Below are positions 37,990 through 47,210 of a DNA stretch of 64,000 nt, piece by piece (positions within the stretch are counted from its first letter, which is position 1; the number at the start of each line of letters is the position of its first letter). Source of the DNA: Flavobacteriales bacterium (GTDB lineage Bacteria; Bacteroidota; Bacteroidia; Flavobacteriales_F; PHOS-HE28); contig JBGTIB010000092.1 of assembly GCA_041745875.1 (NCBI GenBank), positions 7,315-71,314 on the forward strand, written 5' to 3'. Position numbers and translations under genes: made by a program. The notes beneath the pieces are model-generated. The model saw only the letters and a program-made list of their open reading frames with translations, was not told the DNA's origin and made no database searches.

Positions 37990-39584
37990 GCACGCGCAGC
38001 GGCATCGGCTCGGGCGCATGGGTGCTGCTGGTGATCGCAGCGGTGCCGGTACTCGTCTTCTCCATCCTCCTGGGTCCGGACCGCGCCGTGTCGATCGCCG
38101 CCGCGGCTGTGCTGTCCACAACGGTCGATGGTCTTTCGGAAAGACAGCCAGTGCATGGCATTCCGGTGCTCGACATCCACATCGATCCGGCCCATATCGA
38201 CAGCTTGAACGCGGACCTTCCCTGGAGCGGTGGGACCTATTGGCCCGCGCATATGCACTACAACAGCATCCATCACGAGGTGCGTTTCCGGTACCGTGGT
38301 GCGCTTACCCCATCGCACTATCTGGGTGGAAAAAGATCCTTCCGCCTGGCCATCAAGAAGCCGCCGCAGCACATGCCCTTCCGCCGTGCCAACGTGATGA
38401 ACCCCAAGTCGTTCAACATGCTGAACAACCACATGGGCCTGTGGATCGGCGGTACGATGGGAGTGGCCGTTCCGCATGACGAAATGGTCTTCGTGCGCAT
38501 CAACGACCGTGACCATGGGGTCATGGAACTCTGCGAACAGCCCGATGGTCACTTCGAACGCGTACGTGGGGCATACCACGAGCAAGTGCCGGTGCTCAAG
38601 GGCGATTTCGGTCCTGTGCAGGGTCGCGCGCTCGGAGCGATACGTCCTCTGTGGACCAATGCCGAACATTGGCAGTATGTCGGTGATGCCGATAGCGCGG
38701 AGACCATGGCCCAACTGCGCGAACTGGTCTCGATCATCAATGCTGACCCCCTCGACATCGATGCACGTCGGGATGCCATCGCAAGGCTCGTGGACGTGGA
38801 TGCCTTTCTGCGATACATCGCGGCAATGCAGGTGGTGAACACCTCCCATATCGACCAGGTGCACAATCAGGTCCTGGTAAATGATCCACGTACGGGCCGC
38901 TTTTATCCTGTCCTATGGGATGCGCTGCTCATGTTCCCCCAGCCCGATGAGCCGCTGTATTACATCCACGATGCACTCGCCTATTGGATCCTCCGTGTTC
39001 CCGAATGGCGCTTGCAGAAGGACCGACATGTTCACCGGTCCCTCAAGTTGCTGCATACGGACGGCCTCTTCGAACGACACTGGCGTTCCACCGAGGATCG
39101 GATCATGCCCTCGCTGCTCGCCGACAGGAACAAGTACGGCACGGTCTCCAATGCGCCCGAGGATGTTCATCGGTACAGTGTGCTTCATGCCTGGTCGAGT
39201 TCCGAGGGAATGCGCGGTTCCGTGGCCTCCTATTGGGACAGGCTCTCCGGAAGGCTCGCTGCCAATGCGGTGAACGTGGTGCGGACAGATTCCACGCTGC
39301 ACATCACTGCCACTTCAGAAGCACCGCTGAGGCTCAGCTGGCAGGCCGAAGCGGAGCGTACTGCCATTCGTGTGGACGACGATCCCGTACCAATGGAGAA
39401 GGTGGCGGGCGGTCACAGTGTGGTTCTTCACCGTGCCGTGGAATACAGCGGCCCCACGGCCGATCCACATGGTGAGAAGCATCACTACAGGGTACTGCCG
39501 CTGGATGTGACAGTACTGTTCCCGGATGGTGTGCCGAACACTTTGACGATCACGAATGCCATCACCGATGAAGCGGTCCGATAG
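37986..39584 (+). CDS. CotH-family (atypical protein kinase fold) protein with an N-terminal TM anchor.
   Basis: 'FRRANVMNPKSFNMLNNHMGLWIGGTMGVAVPHDEMVFVRINDRDHGVMELCEQPDGHFERVRG' and 'NQVLVNDPRTGRFYPVLWDALLMF' fit the CotH Pfam profile ('...vyiNGey.GlY.l.Eq.d..Fl.r' and '..tgkf.pipWDlD..f'); TM segment 'AWVLLVIAAVPVLVFSILLG'. Confidence 0.6.
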   Translation: MSTRSGIGSGAWVLLVIAAVPVLVFSILLGPDRAVSIAAAAVLSTTVDGLSERQPVHGIPVLDIHIDPAHIDSLNADLPWSGGTYWPAHMHYNSIHHEVRFRYRGALTPSHYLGGKRSFRLAIKKPPQHMPFRRANVMNPKSFNMLNNHMGLWIGGTMGVAVPHDEMVFVRINDRDHGVMELCEQPDGHFERVRGAYHEQVPVLKGDFGPVQGRALGAIRPLWTNAEHWQYVGDADSAETMAQLRELVSIINADPLDIDARRDAIARLVDVDAFLRYIAAMQVVNTSHIDQVHNQVLVNDPRTGRFYPVLWDALLMFPQPDEPLYYIHDALAYWILRVPEWRLQKDRHVHRSLKLLHTDGLFERHWRSTEDRIMPSLLADRNKYGTVSNAPEDVHRYSVLHAWSSSEGMRGSVASYWDRLSGRLAANAVNVVRTDSTLHITATSEAPLRLSWQAEAERTAIRVDDDPVPMEKVAGGHSVVLHRAVEYSGPTADPHGEKHHYRVLPLDVTVLFPDGVPNTLTITNAITDEAVR

Positions 39585-41745
39585 ACCACGGCATATCAGC
39601 GTGAAGGCGGTGCTCCTGGCATTGGTACTGGTGGTCGGACCGGTCATTCTTTTGTTCCATTTGGTGGCACCCGTCCGGATCGCGGGGGAATGGCCCATGG
39701 GCATCACGTCATCGGAAGTGGACCGGTATGCACGTTGGACCGAGGCGCCCTGGCAAGGCGGGGAGAAAGCCATCGGTGAGGTCTGGCATCTTGGCGCCTC
39801 CGCATCGAAAGGAGAGCATTTCATGGACGGCCATTCGCGGAAGAAACACAAGCGTTGGTTGGTGGTGGGGGAACATGCCGATTCCGTGAGCGTGCGACGG
39901 CATTCCGAAGTGGATGGTGGCATCATCATCACATTCCCGCGTGAGGCTCCATTCCGTGGACAGCGCAGGGTGGAGCTTTTGCCCGCCTCTATCGGTAGCA
40001 TGCGCGCCAAGTACCTGGAGATCATAGCGGAGGGCTTGGGACTTCCGGTGGCCGAGGTGTCCTTCGTCCGTTTGGCAACCCAGGGTGATACAGCCGCCTA
40101 CCTGCAACGCGAATGGATGGGACAGGATCTCCTGCAGAAGAGGATGATCAACGATGCGGTCACCTACCGTCAGGCGCAACACCCCTGGTCCGTGGCCGAT
40201 CTGTTCCCACGCGTCACACGCGATAGCTTGATCTCCGCCTCGATCCGTGGCGCCTACGCGAACCTGCACGCAGCCTTGGATACAGGGAACATGTCCATGG
40301 CAGCCCAGATGGTGGATCTTGATGCTGCGATCGCATGGTTGGTGATGTGCTGGCTCGAAGGCTCGCCCGATCCATTGCGCCAGCGCGGGCATTTCGCGTA
40401 TCGCTGGGAAAGTGGCCGGATCCTTCCTTTGTATGTTCCCGCTACAACCCCTCCGGCACTGGACGATGGGATACTCCGACCCTGGTCGGTGAACCCCTTT
40501 TCATCCCTGCTGCGTGATGAGGATCACCGTCGGGTTTTCAGTGCGAAACTCGCGCAGTTGGAGGAGGAACGCTGGCGGATCATGGAAGGGTTCGCAGCCG
40601 CCGATGCGACCTGGCTGCCCTTGCTCGCCGGGGACCTGCCCCTGCCGATCGCAAAGGCACGGGTCCGAAATATCCAGGATGCGATCCTCAACGAACGCCT
40701 GGGACAGGGCGATCCGGTGGCCTTCCTCGATCGACAACTCATTGCTGGTGCCGGCATGGCCAATTTCCTGCCTGGATCTTCAGTGGGATCGGCGCCAACG
40801 GGGCCACGGATCGAGGATGTACAGGCGCGGTTGCGGCGCATGAGAGCGGTGGTGGCGGGTGATTCCATCGTGTTCCCCCGTGGAAAGTATGTGGTGGAGG
40901 AGGATCTCCTACTTCCGCAAGGACATGCCGTGGTGATGCTTCGGGGTGCTCGCTTCCAGGTGGCTCCGTCGGTGAATATCCTGGTGCGCGGCGATCTGCG
41001 GATCGAAGGCACTTCATTGAACCCGGTGTTCATCCGTGCACAGCAAGGTCAGCCCTACGGTCCATTGACCGTTGTGGGAGATGGAACGGCCGAGGTCTCC
41101 ATCAGTGGTCTGCACATGTCGGGTGGGGGCGAAGGGAACATCGATGGCCAGTTCCATGCAGGTATGATCACGATCCGCGGAGCGGCCAGCACCACGGTGG
41201 TCGACAGTCGGCTAGGGGGGAACAAGGGTGAAGCCGTCCTGAGCATCAAAGGTGGTCAGTTCCATGTGGAGGACTGTGTGTTCAGCGAGGCAGCGGGAGT
41301 GATGCTGGACCTGTCCATGGTGAACGGTACGGTGCGCAACAGCACCTTCCACCGACCAGCGACCAACAACAAGAGCCCGGCGTTGAACGCCAGTGGAAGC
41401 CGCGTGCTGGTGGAGGCTTGCCGCTTCATCGGCATACGGGACAAAGCGATCAGCGCGGGTGAGGGTAGCAACCTGCTGGTGAAGGACGGTCACTTCGAAG
41501 GGAACGAACGTGCGATCGCCGTGCACGACCTGTCCGTGGTGCATGTGTGGAACAACGTATTCCGCAAGAACGTCGTGGTATTCACGGCCTACCGGAAAAA
41601 AGCGATCCTGGGGGGCGGGCGCCTACTCACCCACGGGAACACCTTGGAGAACAATGCGCAGGAGCATGAGGTGGACGAACATTCGGAACTCATCCCATCG
41701 GCCACCATGGATGCAGCGGTCATGAAGGAGTTCACGGATCCGTGA
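39556..41745 (+). CDS. CotH-like N-terminal domain fused to a C-terminal right-handed parallel beta-helix (pectin-lyase-fold) region, with an N-terminal TM anchor.
   Basis: TM segment 'VKAVLLALVLVVGPVILLFHLV'; 'RVELLPASIGSMRAKYLEIIAEGLGLPVAEVSFVRLATQGDTAAYLQREWMGQDLLQKR' resembles the CotH substrate-lobe profile, but the canonical WDxD block is not evident. C-terminal repeated 'N.T.....G..V.....F' beta-helix rungs (NSTFHRPATNN..., GSRVLVEACRFIG..., NLLVKDGHFEGN..., VVHVWNNVFRKN). Confidence 0.45.
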   Translation: MPSPMKRSDRPRHISVKAVLLALVLVVGPVILLFHLVAPVRIAGEWPMGITSSEVDRYARWTEAPWQGGEKAIGEVWHLGASASKGEHFMDGHSRKKHKRWLVVGEHADSVSVRRHSEVDGGIIITFPREAPFRGQRRVELLPASIGSMRAKYLEIIAEGLGLPVAEVSFVRLATQGDTAAYLQREWMGQDLLQKRMINDAVTYRQAQHPWSVADLFPRVTRDSLISASIRGAYANLHAALDTGNMSMAAQMVDLDAAIAWLVMCWLEGSPDPLRQRGHFAYRWESGRILPLYVPATTPPALDDGILRPWSVNPFSSLLRDEDHRRVFSAKLAQLEEERWRIMEGFAAADATWLPLLAGDLPLPIAKARVRNIQDAILNERLGQGDPVAFLDRQLIAGAGMANFLPGSSVGSAPTGPRIEDVQARLRRMRAVVAGDSIVFPRGKYVVEEDLLLPQGHAVVMLRGARFQVAPSVNILVRGDLRIEGTSLNPVFIRAQQGQPYGPLTVVGDGTAEVSISGLHMSGGGEGNIDGQFHAGMITIRGAASTTVVDSRLGGNKGEAVLSIKGGQFHVEDCVFSEAAGVMLDLSMVNGTVRNSTFHRPATNNKSPALNASGSRVLVEACRFIGIRDKAISAGEGSNLLVKDGHFEGNERAIAVHDLSVVHVWNNVFRKNVVVFTAYRKKAILGGGRLLTHGNTLENNAQEHEVDEHSELIPSATMDAAVMKEFTDP

Positions 41746-43366
41746 CCGCAGCCTCGGTGCCGGGCTCCTTCTTCGGTCGCACGCTGCGGAAAATATCGTG
41801 ACGGTCCACCGGTCGCTCCTCGATCCGCCAGTTGGAGCCTTTCATGCGCAGTTCCTCGGGCGGGACCTTGTCCATGGGATAGAGCACGGCATCCGGCTTT
41901 TCAAGGAAGGTCACCGTGCTCACCTTGCCGTCCTCCATCACCATCTCGATGTGGCTGCAATCCGCGCGGTTCACACCGATCATCTCCTCCTTGCCATCCT
42001 TTTCCTCGCGGGTGAAGTACACCGTCCGACTGTTGCCTTCAACCAGTAGACGACGCAGTTCATTGTCGGCGAAGAAACCTGTCATCATGCTGCCCGTCAC
42101 CTGGTCGAAATGCACACTGTCGACCAATGACATCATGAACGCGTTCTCCTCCACATACAGCCGGTGGGCACGCCCGTCGCGCAACGTGATGCGGATATGG
42201 TCGCCGGTGATCTGGTCGTTCCCGTTCCATAGTACGGGACGGTGGTACATGCGGATCAAGGAATCCGTTCCATGGTACACCAAGGTGTCACAAACGCCCT
42301 GCATATCCTCCTTGAAGAAACGCACTCCACGGCGCGATACGATGCGTTTTCCTTCCAACGAATTGCCCGCACTGTCCGTCACCACGATCTGCTGGGTGAA
42401 CAACGTGTCACCATGGAGGAACAAGGTGTCGGCACCCATGCGCAATCGCAATTCGGCGTTCCCCGTGATGATGGAAGCATCGTTCCGTTCATCATGTTGA
42501 CCATAGTGCCCCAAGGCGACCATGCCGCTGGTGGTATCGGTCACCACCACATTACCCCAGGCCAGGCCAAGCCCCGAATGCCGGTCGTAGTGCAGACTAT
42601 CGCCCTCCAGAAGACGCTCCTTACTGCGCACACTGGACCTGCGGGTGAAGCGCGCCAATTCGTTCCGTGTGTCGTAGGTCCCCCGTCGCGTGGTCAGCAC
42701 CGTGCTGTCCTTTGTCTGTGTGATCGTGGTGGGACCGAAGAAGCGGGCGATCTCGGTATCGGTGGTATAATGCATCGTATCGCAACGGATGGTCCGCTCC
42801 GGGTGATAGACCCGCACCCGCCTGCTGAAGATGAAGAGACGCTCCGCGGAGAGGTAGGTGCCGTTCCGGCTGCGCAGGCTGTTGCCCCCTTCGTGTTGCA
42901 CGATGCGCCCTCCCTGGTCGTAGGTCGAGATGCCCGAGCGCATGTCGTGGACCAACGCTGGCGTCGTCAGTTCCATGTCGCTGTTGCGCAAGCTCACCGA
43001 ACCGTCCAACATGGCGATCCGTTCCTTCCCGCTGTAGTCCAGATGATCGCCGGCCACGAAGAGCGTGTCGCCCTGGTTGATGCGCACGCGACTGAAAGCC
43101 TCCACGCGCTGGTCGTCGTACAGGTAGGCACTGTCGCAGGTCATCAGGGCGCCCTCGTGACGGAAACGCACGTTGCCTTTCAATCGCTGTGCACCGGGTG
43201 CAAGATCCGCATCGAATTCCCAGGAGTCGGCATTGAGGATCTCCACGCGCGATCCTCCGGTGGATGGTTTGTTCTGTGCGAGCAGTGCTCCTGGAGAAAG
43301 GAGTACCGACAACAGAAGCACAAGGGAACGGGTCATGGTGTCTGGAAGGGACAAAGGACGTACCAT
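41732..43366 (-). CDS. OstA-like / LptA-family protein (repeated OstA_N beta-jellyroll), periplasmic.
   Basis: Signal peptide 'MTRSLVLLLSVLLSPGALLAQ'; repeated 'L.GNV......A.....D.A.Y' jellyroll modules (e.g. 'RLKGNVRFRHEGALMTCDSAYLYDDQ', 'AWGNVVVTDTTSGMVALGHYGQHDE'). Confidence 0.65.
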   Translation of the reverse strand: MVRPLSLPDTMTRSLVLLLSVLLSPGALLAQNKPSTGGSRVEILNADSWEFDADLAPGAQRLKGNVRFRHEGALMTCDSAYLYDDQRVEAFSRVRINQGDTLFVAGDHLDYSGKERIAMLDGSVSLRNSDMELTTPALVHDMRSGISTYDQGGRIVQHEGGNSLRSRNGTYLSAERLFIFSRRVRVYHPERTIRCDTMHYTTDTEIARFFGPTTITQTKDSTVLTTRRGTYDTRNELARFTRRSSVRSKERLLEGDSLHYDRHSGLGLAWGNVVVTDTTSGMVALGHYGQHDERNDASIITGNAELRLRMGADTLFLHGDTLFTQQIVVTDSAGNSLEGKRIVSRRGVRFFKEDMQGVCDTLVYHGTDSLIRMYHRPVLWNGNDQITGDHIRITLRDGRAHRLYVEENAFMMSLVDSVHFDQVTGSMMTGFFADNELRRLLVEGNSRTVYFTREEKDGKEEMIGVNRADCSHIEMVMEDGKVSTVTFLEKPDAVLYPMDKVPPEELRMKGSNWRIEERPVDRHDIFRSVRPKKEPGTEAAVTDP

Positions 43367-43383
43367 GACCGCTGGTGAACTTT

Positions 43384-43932
43384 TCAGTTCATGGACACAC
43401 CAGGTAGTTTGTGCATGTGACGGTAGTGCTGGGCAAGATCCTCCAGCATCCGGCGGATGTGTCCCTCGGCCTCTTCGGTGGCTTCGCTCACAGCGTCCCC
43501 ACGTGCCCGCAGCACCATGACACCATACACGGCGGTGAGCGCTGTTTCAACCGGCCCGCGCGCATCCTCGCCCGCCTGTTGCCGCAGGGTGTCGATATCG
43601 CCCGCAGCCTTCTCATAAAGCAGGGTGTAGTCCTCATCCAGGATGGCGGTGACCAACGAGGTATGCAGGAACTCCAGTTCGCCGATCACCTCGCTCACTT
43701 CGCTCAAGTGGCCTTGTTGCTCCAGACCTTGTTCCAACATCCGCTGCATGATGCTGCCGTACCAACTGCGCACTTCCTCCTTGGTCTCCTCATCCGCTTC
43801 CATGGGTGCCACCAGCGTTCTTTCCAAGGCATCCGGGTCGAAGCGGCACGCTCGCATGAGGTCCTCGATGTGCCACATGCTGATCACGTAGCTGGCGATG
43901 TTCTCGCGTTTCTTCCCGTCGAGCAGATCCAT
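43384..43932 (-). CDS. Conserved hypothetical protein (DUF4924-like).
   Basis: Acidic helical protein 'ASYVISMWHIEDLMRACRFD'; family recalled from memory; it sits in an operon between ompH and the OstA-like gene. Confidence 0.45.
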   Translation of the reverse strand: MDLLDGKKRENIASYVISMWHIEDLMRACRFDPDALERTLVAPMEADEETKEEVRSWYGSIMQRMLEQGLEQQGHLSEVSEVIGELEFLHTSLVTAILDEDYTLLYEKAAGDIDTLRQQAGEDARGPVETALTAVYGVMVLRARGDAVSEATEEAEGHIRRMLEDLAQHYRHMHKLPGVSMN

Positions 43933-43942
43933 GCGTGCTACC

Positions 43943-44587
43943 CTATTTCGCTGTTCGTTCCTTGCCGGCCTTGTGTCTGGCGTTCAAACCGGCCACCACT
44001 TCCTCCGTGATATCCAGATCGGGATTGCCCACCCACACCTGTCCGCCGTTCTGCACGCTGAAGATGTAGTCGAACCCGCGCTCGCTGTTGTATTCCTCCA
44101 GGAAGCCCATGATCTCGTCACTGATCTGCGAAAGCATTTCCACCTCCATGCGCGCCAGCTGCTGTTCGCCACTGCTCTGCATCTGTTGGATCTTCCCCAT
44201 CAACCCTTGAAGCTCGGCTTCATCCTGCAGGATCTCGGTCTGTGTACTGTAGGTGTGGTCCTTGCGCATCAGTTCCTCATACCGCTTCTGGGCCTTGTCC
44301 ATCTCACTCTTCAAGTTGCCCTCCAAACGCCGACCTTCCTTCCGGAAACGATCGCCCTGTTCCTGCACCAGGGAATAATTGGACTGGACCGTATCCATGA
44401 AGAAGTAGGCGATCCTGGCATCCTTGATCGCGTTGGTATCGCGTGGCACCACGGGCCGCGCTTCACGCTCCGGCACCGCTTCAACAAGATCGGCCGGCGG
44501 TGTGTCGCCGCGCAGCAAGGCCCAGGCCAGCAGGGCGCTCAGTACCAGGTTCCAGACGATGAGCAACAGGGACGTGTTCTTCGACAT
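43943..44587 (-). CDS. OmpH/Skp-family periplasmic chaperone.
   Basis: TM/signal 'LLLIVWNLVLSALLAWALL'; 'IAYFFMDTVQSNYSLVQEQGDRFRKEGRRLEGNLKSEMDKAQKRYEELM' coiled-coil; 'GFDYIFSVQNGGQVWVGNPDLDITEEVVAGLN' matches the OmpH C-terminal block. Confidence 0.75.
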   Translation of the reverse strand: MSKNTSLLLIVWNLVLSALLAWALLRGDTPPADLVEAVPEREARPVVPRDTNAIKDARIAYFFMDTVQSNYSLVQEQGDRFRKEGRRLEGNLKSEMDKAQKRYEELMRKDHTYSTQTEILQDEAELQGLMGKIQQMQSSGEQQLARMEVEMLSQISDEIMGFLEEYNSERGFDYIFSVQNGGQVWVGNPDLDITEEVVAGLNARHKAGKERTAK

Positions 44588-44723
44588 GTGATCCCTGCGC
44601 AGCGCTTCTGGTCATTGCCACCACAACAGGGTCGGCAAAGGTACCCAGCCCCACCGTACCGTTAGAGGAGGACGATGCACACCGCATCTCATTGACGGGT
44701 GATCACGCCGAGTGCTAGTTGTT

Positions 44724-44942
44724 CTGCGACCCCGCTGGGGTCGTAGAACTTCGCTTGCATCTTTAGTACTAATGTCCATGACCCTTTCAGGGTCAGGTAT
44801 CCATGGTGAGGATCCTGAAAGGGTCATAGACATTAGAAACATCTTTCAGGGTCAGGTATCCCTGGTGAGGCAAGACCCTGAAAGGGTCATGGACATTAGA
44901 AACCATCGCCCATAGCGTGATCCGACCCCAACGGGGTCGCAG
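44724..44942. repeat. MITE-like / REP-like nested palindromic element. Two 20-bp terminal inverted repeats, each itself a hairpin, flank a tandem pair of about 60-bp units, each forming a long hairpin (21-22-bp stem).
   Basis: Left TIR 'ctgcgaccccgctggggtcg' (44724-44743) against right TIR 'cgaccccaacggggtcgcag' (44923-44942), reverse-complementary apart from the loop. Internal 'aatgtccatgaccctttcaggg...cctgaaagggtcatagacatt agaaac' and 'ctttcaggg...ccctgaaagggtcatggacatt agaaac'. Confidence 0.75.
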
Positions 44943-44972
44943 GCAAGAAAACATCTTCCCCATTTCCAAGAT

Positions 44973-47084
44973 CTACCGTTGCACCACCACCGTCGCTCGG
45001 TATCGCGATCCATCCCCGGTCAACCGGATATGGTAGATCCCATCAGTAAGTGTGGAAACATTCAGCAACACCGGCCCAAGCTCTACGCGTCGGACCTCCG
45101 ATCCCACGAGTCGACCGCTCCCCTCGAATAGTTCGACGGTGTACAGATCGGGCGGCAGACCCTCCAGACGAACGTGGTCCGTAGCCGGGTTGGGCGCCAC
45201 TGAGATCTCGATGCCTTGGTGCTCGGCGATGCCCAGTGCGATGATCAAATTGATGCAGGTCGTGTCGTTCTCGGCCGTGGCATCCGCCGGCAGCGCGGTC
45301 CAGGCGCAGAGTTCCCCCGTTCCCTCGGCATGATCCCAGGGGTCAAGTGCCTGTGCGAAGCTGTAAAGCACCTCCTGACCGGGCTGGATCGGGGTTCCGG
45401 TGTATACCTCCTCCACAGCGGGTCCGGTGCCATAGCGGTAGGCCACAGGGATCTGCGATATGGGCTGGTTCCCGTGGTTGCCGATGAAGGTGCGAACCGT
45501 GGTGGACATGCCGATCACATCCTGGTCCACGATGCCGAAGAAGCTGTTGCAACCCACATCGATGACCGGCGCCTGGGAGAGGCGAAGTCCGATGAAAAAA
45601 TCGGTGTTCTCGCGGTCACGGTATTCTGCCCAGGTGTTGTCCAGCACTTCGTAACTGCGCAATGAGAAGGGTGGGTTCGCATCACGGGCGATGTTGATGT
45701 TCTCCACCTGCATGTACCACTGTACGTAAACACCGCCCGCCGTGATCTCAATGGGTGTGTTCAGCGGTACGACATGGTCGCCGGCGGTGGCCTGTGCGGC
45801 GGGTATCGACACTTCGTCGAGCAGCGAGCCCGGTCCACCGTTGGGTCCATCATCGTCATACACGCGCATGTAGAAACCCGCAACGCCCAGGTTCGAAACG
45901 ATGCGCACCGTGGTATGTGTGGCATAGGCAGGATAATAGGGCGGGATGATGTGCACGCCGATACCGCCATTGCCGCCGGTCCACGAAAGTCCAACCCCGT
46001 CATCGGTGGTGCCGTGGTAATTCAGGTTCTGTATAAGCGCGGTGGTGTCCACCACCACCAGTTCCTGGAAACGCTGGTCGTTGGGGGGGACCAGATCGCC
46101 GGTGACACCGACCACGGTGCTCCTGTACGTATAGGTACCTGGGGTAACAGGCAGGAATGGTGTCGGGTAGACGATCACGCTATCCATGGTGGGGATCAAT
46201 CCGGGCACGGTGACCTGGCCTGTCACCTGGATCTGATTGAGCGCATTCAAGACAGCGCCGTTCACTGCGAAGGAACCCACCGCGGTATTGCCGATGTTGT
46301 GTACACGTGTCACCAGCTCGAAGGAGGGGCCGTTGCCCGACAGGAAGAGTCCGCCTGAACCGGGTGCTGTGTTCCAGTCCACCGCCACGTCCGTCACGTC
46401 GATCAAAGGAACGACCGGGCGGTAGTAGCGGATGGCCCGGTTGGACGGCGGATAGATGTTCTTGGAATGCTCCAGTCCGATACTGCCTGCCACACTTTCG
46501 ATACCCATGGTGAGGTCGTTGTTCTGGGTGAGGCCGGTCTGCTGCAGGATCTGCACCGTGACGGTGCTGTCCTGCTTGTTCATGATGATCTGGAAGGTAT
46601 TGCTGCCCGTATAGGATGGTGCAAGGGGCGACCAGAACGGCACATTGATGAAGGAGATGATCGTGGAATACTCTTCATCGAGGAACCAGCACTGCGCAGG
46701 ATTGCCAGCGCCGGCGAAGTTCAGGTCGGCCATCATCCCGGTGATGTAGTCGTTGGTGCCACCGGCCAGTGGTATGTTGGGGAAGGGTGAGGCGATGTTG
46801 CCACTGGTGAAGGCGATGTAGCCATTGCTCCCGATCCAGACCAGCTTCCGATTGTACCAGTAGTACTCGAAGTTCGTCTCCATCACATACGGACCGACCA
46901 CATTGTCGTCCGCCAATCCGGTCACCTGGACCCCCGTGGTGGTGATATCGATCCAGTTGAAGACCGGGCCATCGGGTTCAAGGTCGTCCTTCCAGGTATA
47001 GCCGAAGGCATCGGGACCGCCGCTGCCAGCGATCAGGAAGGAACAGAAAGGAACAAGAAGCAGGAGGGTAAGGGTTCGGACCAT
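44973..47084 (-). CDS. Secreted protein of unknown function with a T9SS type-A C-terminal sorting domain.
   Basis: Signal peptide 'MVRTLTLLLLVPFCSFLIAG'; C-terminus 'ISVAPNPATDHVRLEGLPPDLYTVELFEGSGRLVG...GIYHIRLTGDGSRYRATVVVQR'; the cargo domain was not recognised. Confidence 0.7.
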   Translation of the reverse strand: MVRTLTLLLLVPFCSFLIAGSGGPDAFGYTWKDDLEPDGPVFNWIDITTTGVQVTGLADDNVVGPYVMETNFEYYWYNRKLVWIGSNGYIAFTSGNIASPFPNIPLAGGTNDYITGMMADLNFAGAGNPAQCWFLDEEYSTIISFINVPFWSPLAPSYTGSNTFQIIMNKQDSTVTVQILQQTGLTQNNDLTMGIESVAGSIGLEHSKNIYPPSNRAIRYYRPVVPLIDVTDVAVDWNTAPGSGGLFLSGNGPSFELVTRVHNIGNTAVGSFAVNGAVLNALNQIQVTGQVTVPGLIPTMDSVIVYPTPFLPVTPGTYTYRSTVVGVTGDLVPPNDQRFQELVVVDTTALIQNLNYHGTTDDGVGLSWTGGNGGIGVHIIPPYYPAYATHTTVRIVSNLGVAGFYMRVYDDDGPNGGPGSLLDEVSIPAAQATAGDHVVPLNTPIEITAGGVYVQWYMQVENINIARDANPPFSLRSYEVLDNTWAEYRDRENTDFFIGLRLSQAPVIDVGCNSFFGIVDQDVIGMSTTVRTFIGNHGNQPISQIPVAYRYGTGPAVEEVYTGTPIQPGQEVLYSFAQALDPWDHAEGTGELCAWTALPADATAENDTTCINLIIALGIAEHQGIEISVAPNPATDHVRLEGLPPDLYTVELFEGSGRLVGSEVRRVELGPVLLNVSTLTDGIYHIRLTGDGSRYRATVVVQR

Positions 47085-47210
47085 GTGGGAACGTGGTTGG
47101 TACTGCACCAAGGTAAGAGCCTGCGCAATACGCCGGGCCGAAACGTTGCATCAAGGCGGCTTTGTGCGAGGGATTGGGATTTGAGCGATCGGAGCATTAG
47201 CTTCACCGTG

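Noticed and set aside
44784-44903. Possible CRISPR array, given repeated about 60-bp units.
   Set aside because: There are only two units, the intervening sequence is itself part of the palindromes rather than unique spacers, and there are no cas genes. I interpret it as a MITE-like or structured element.
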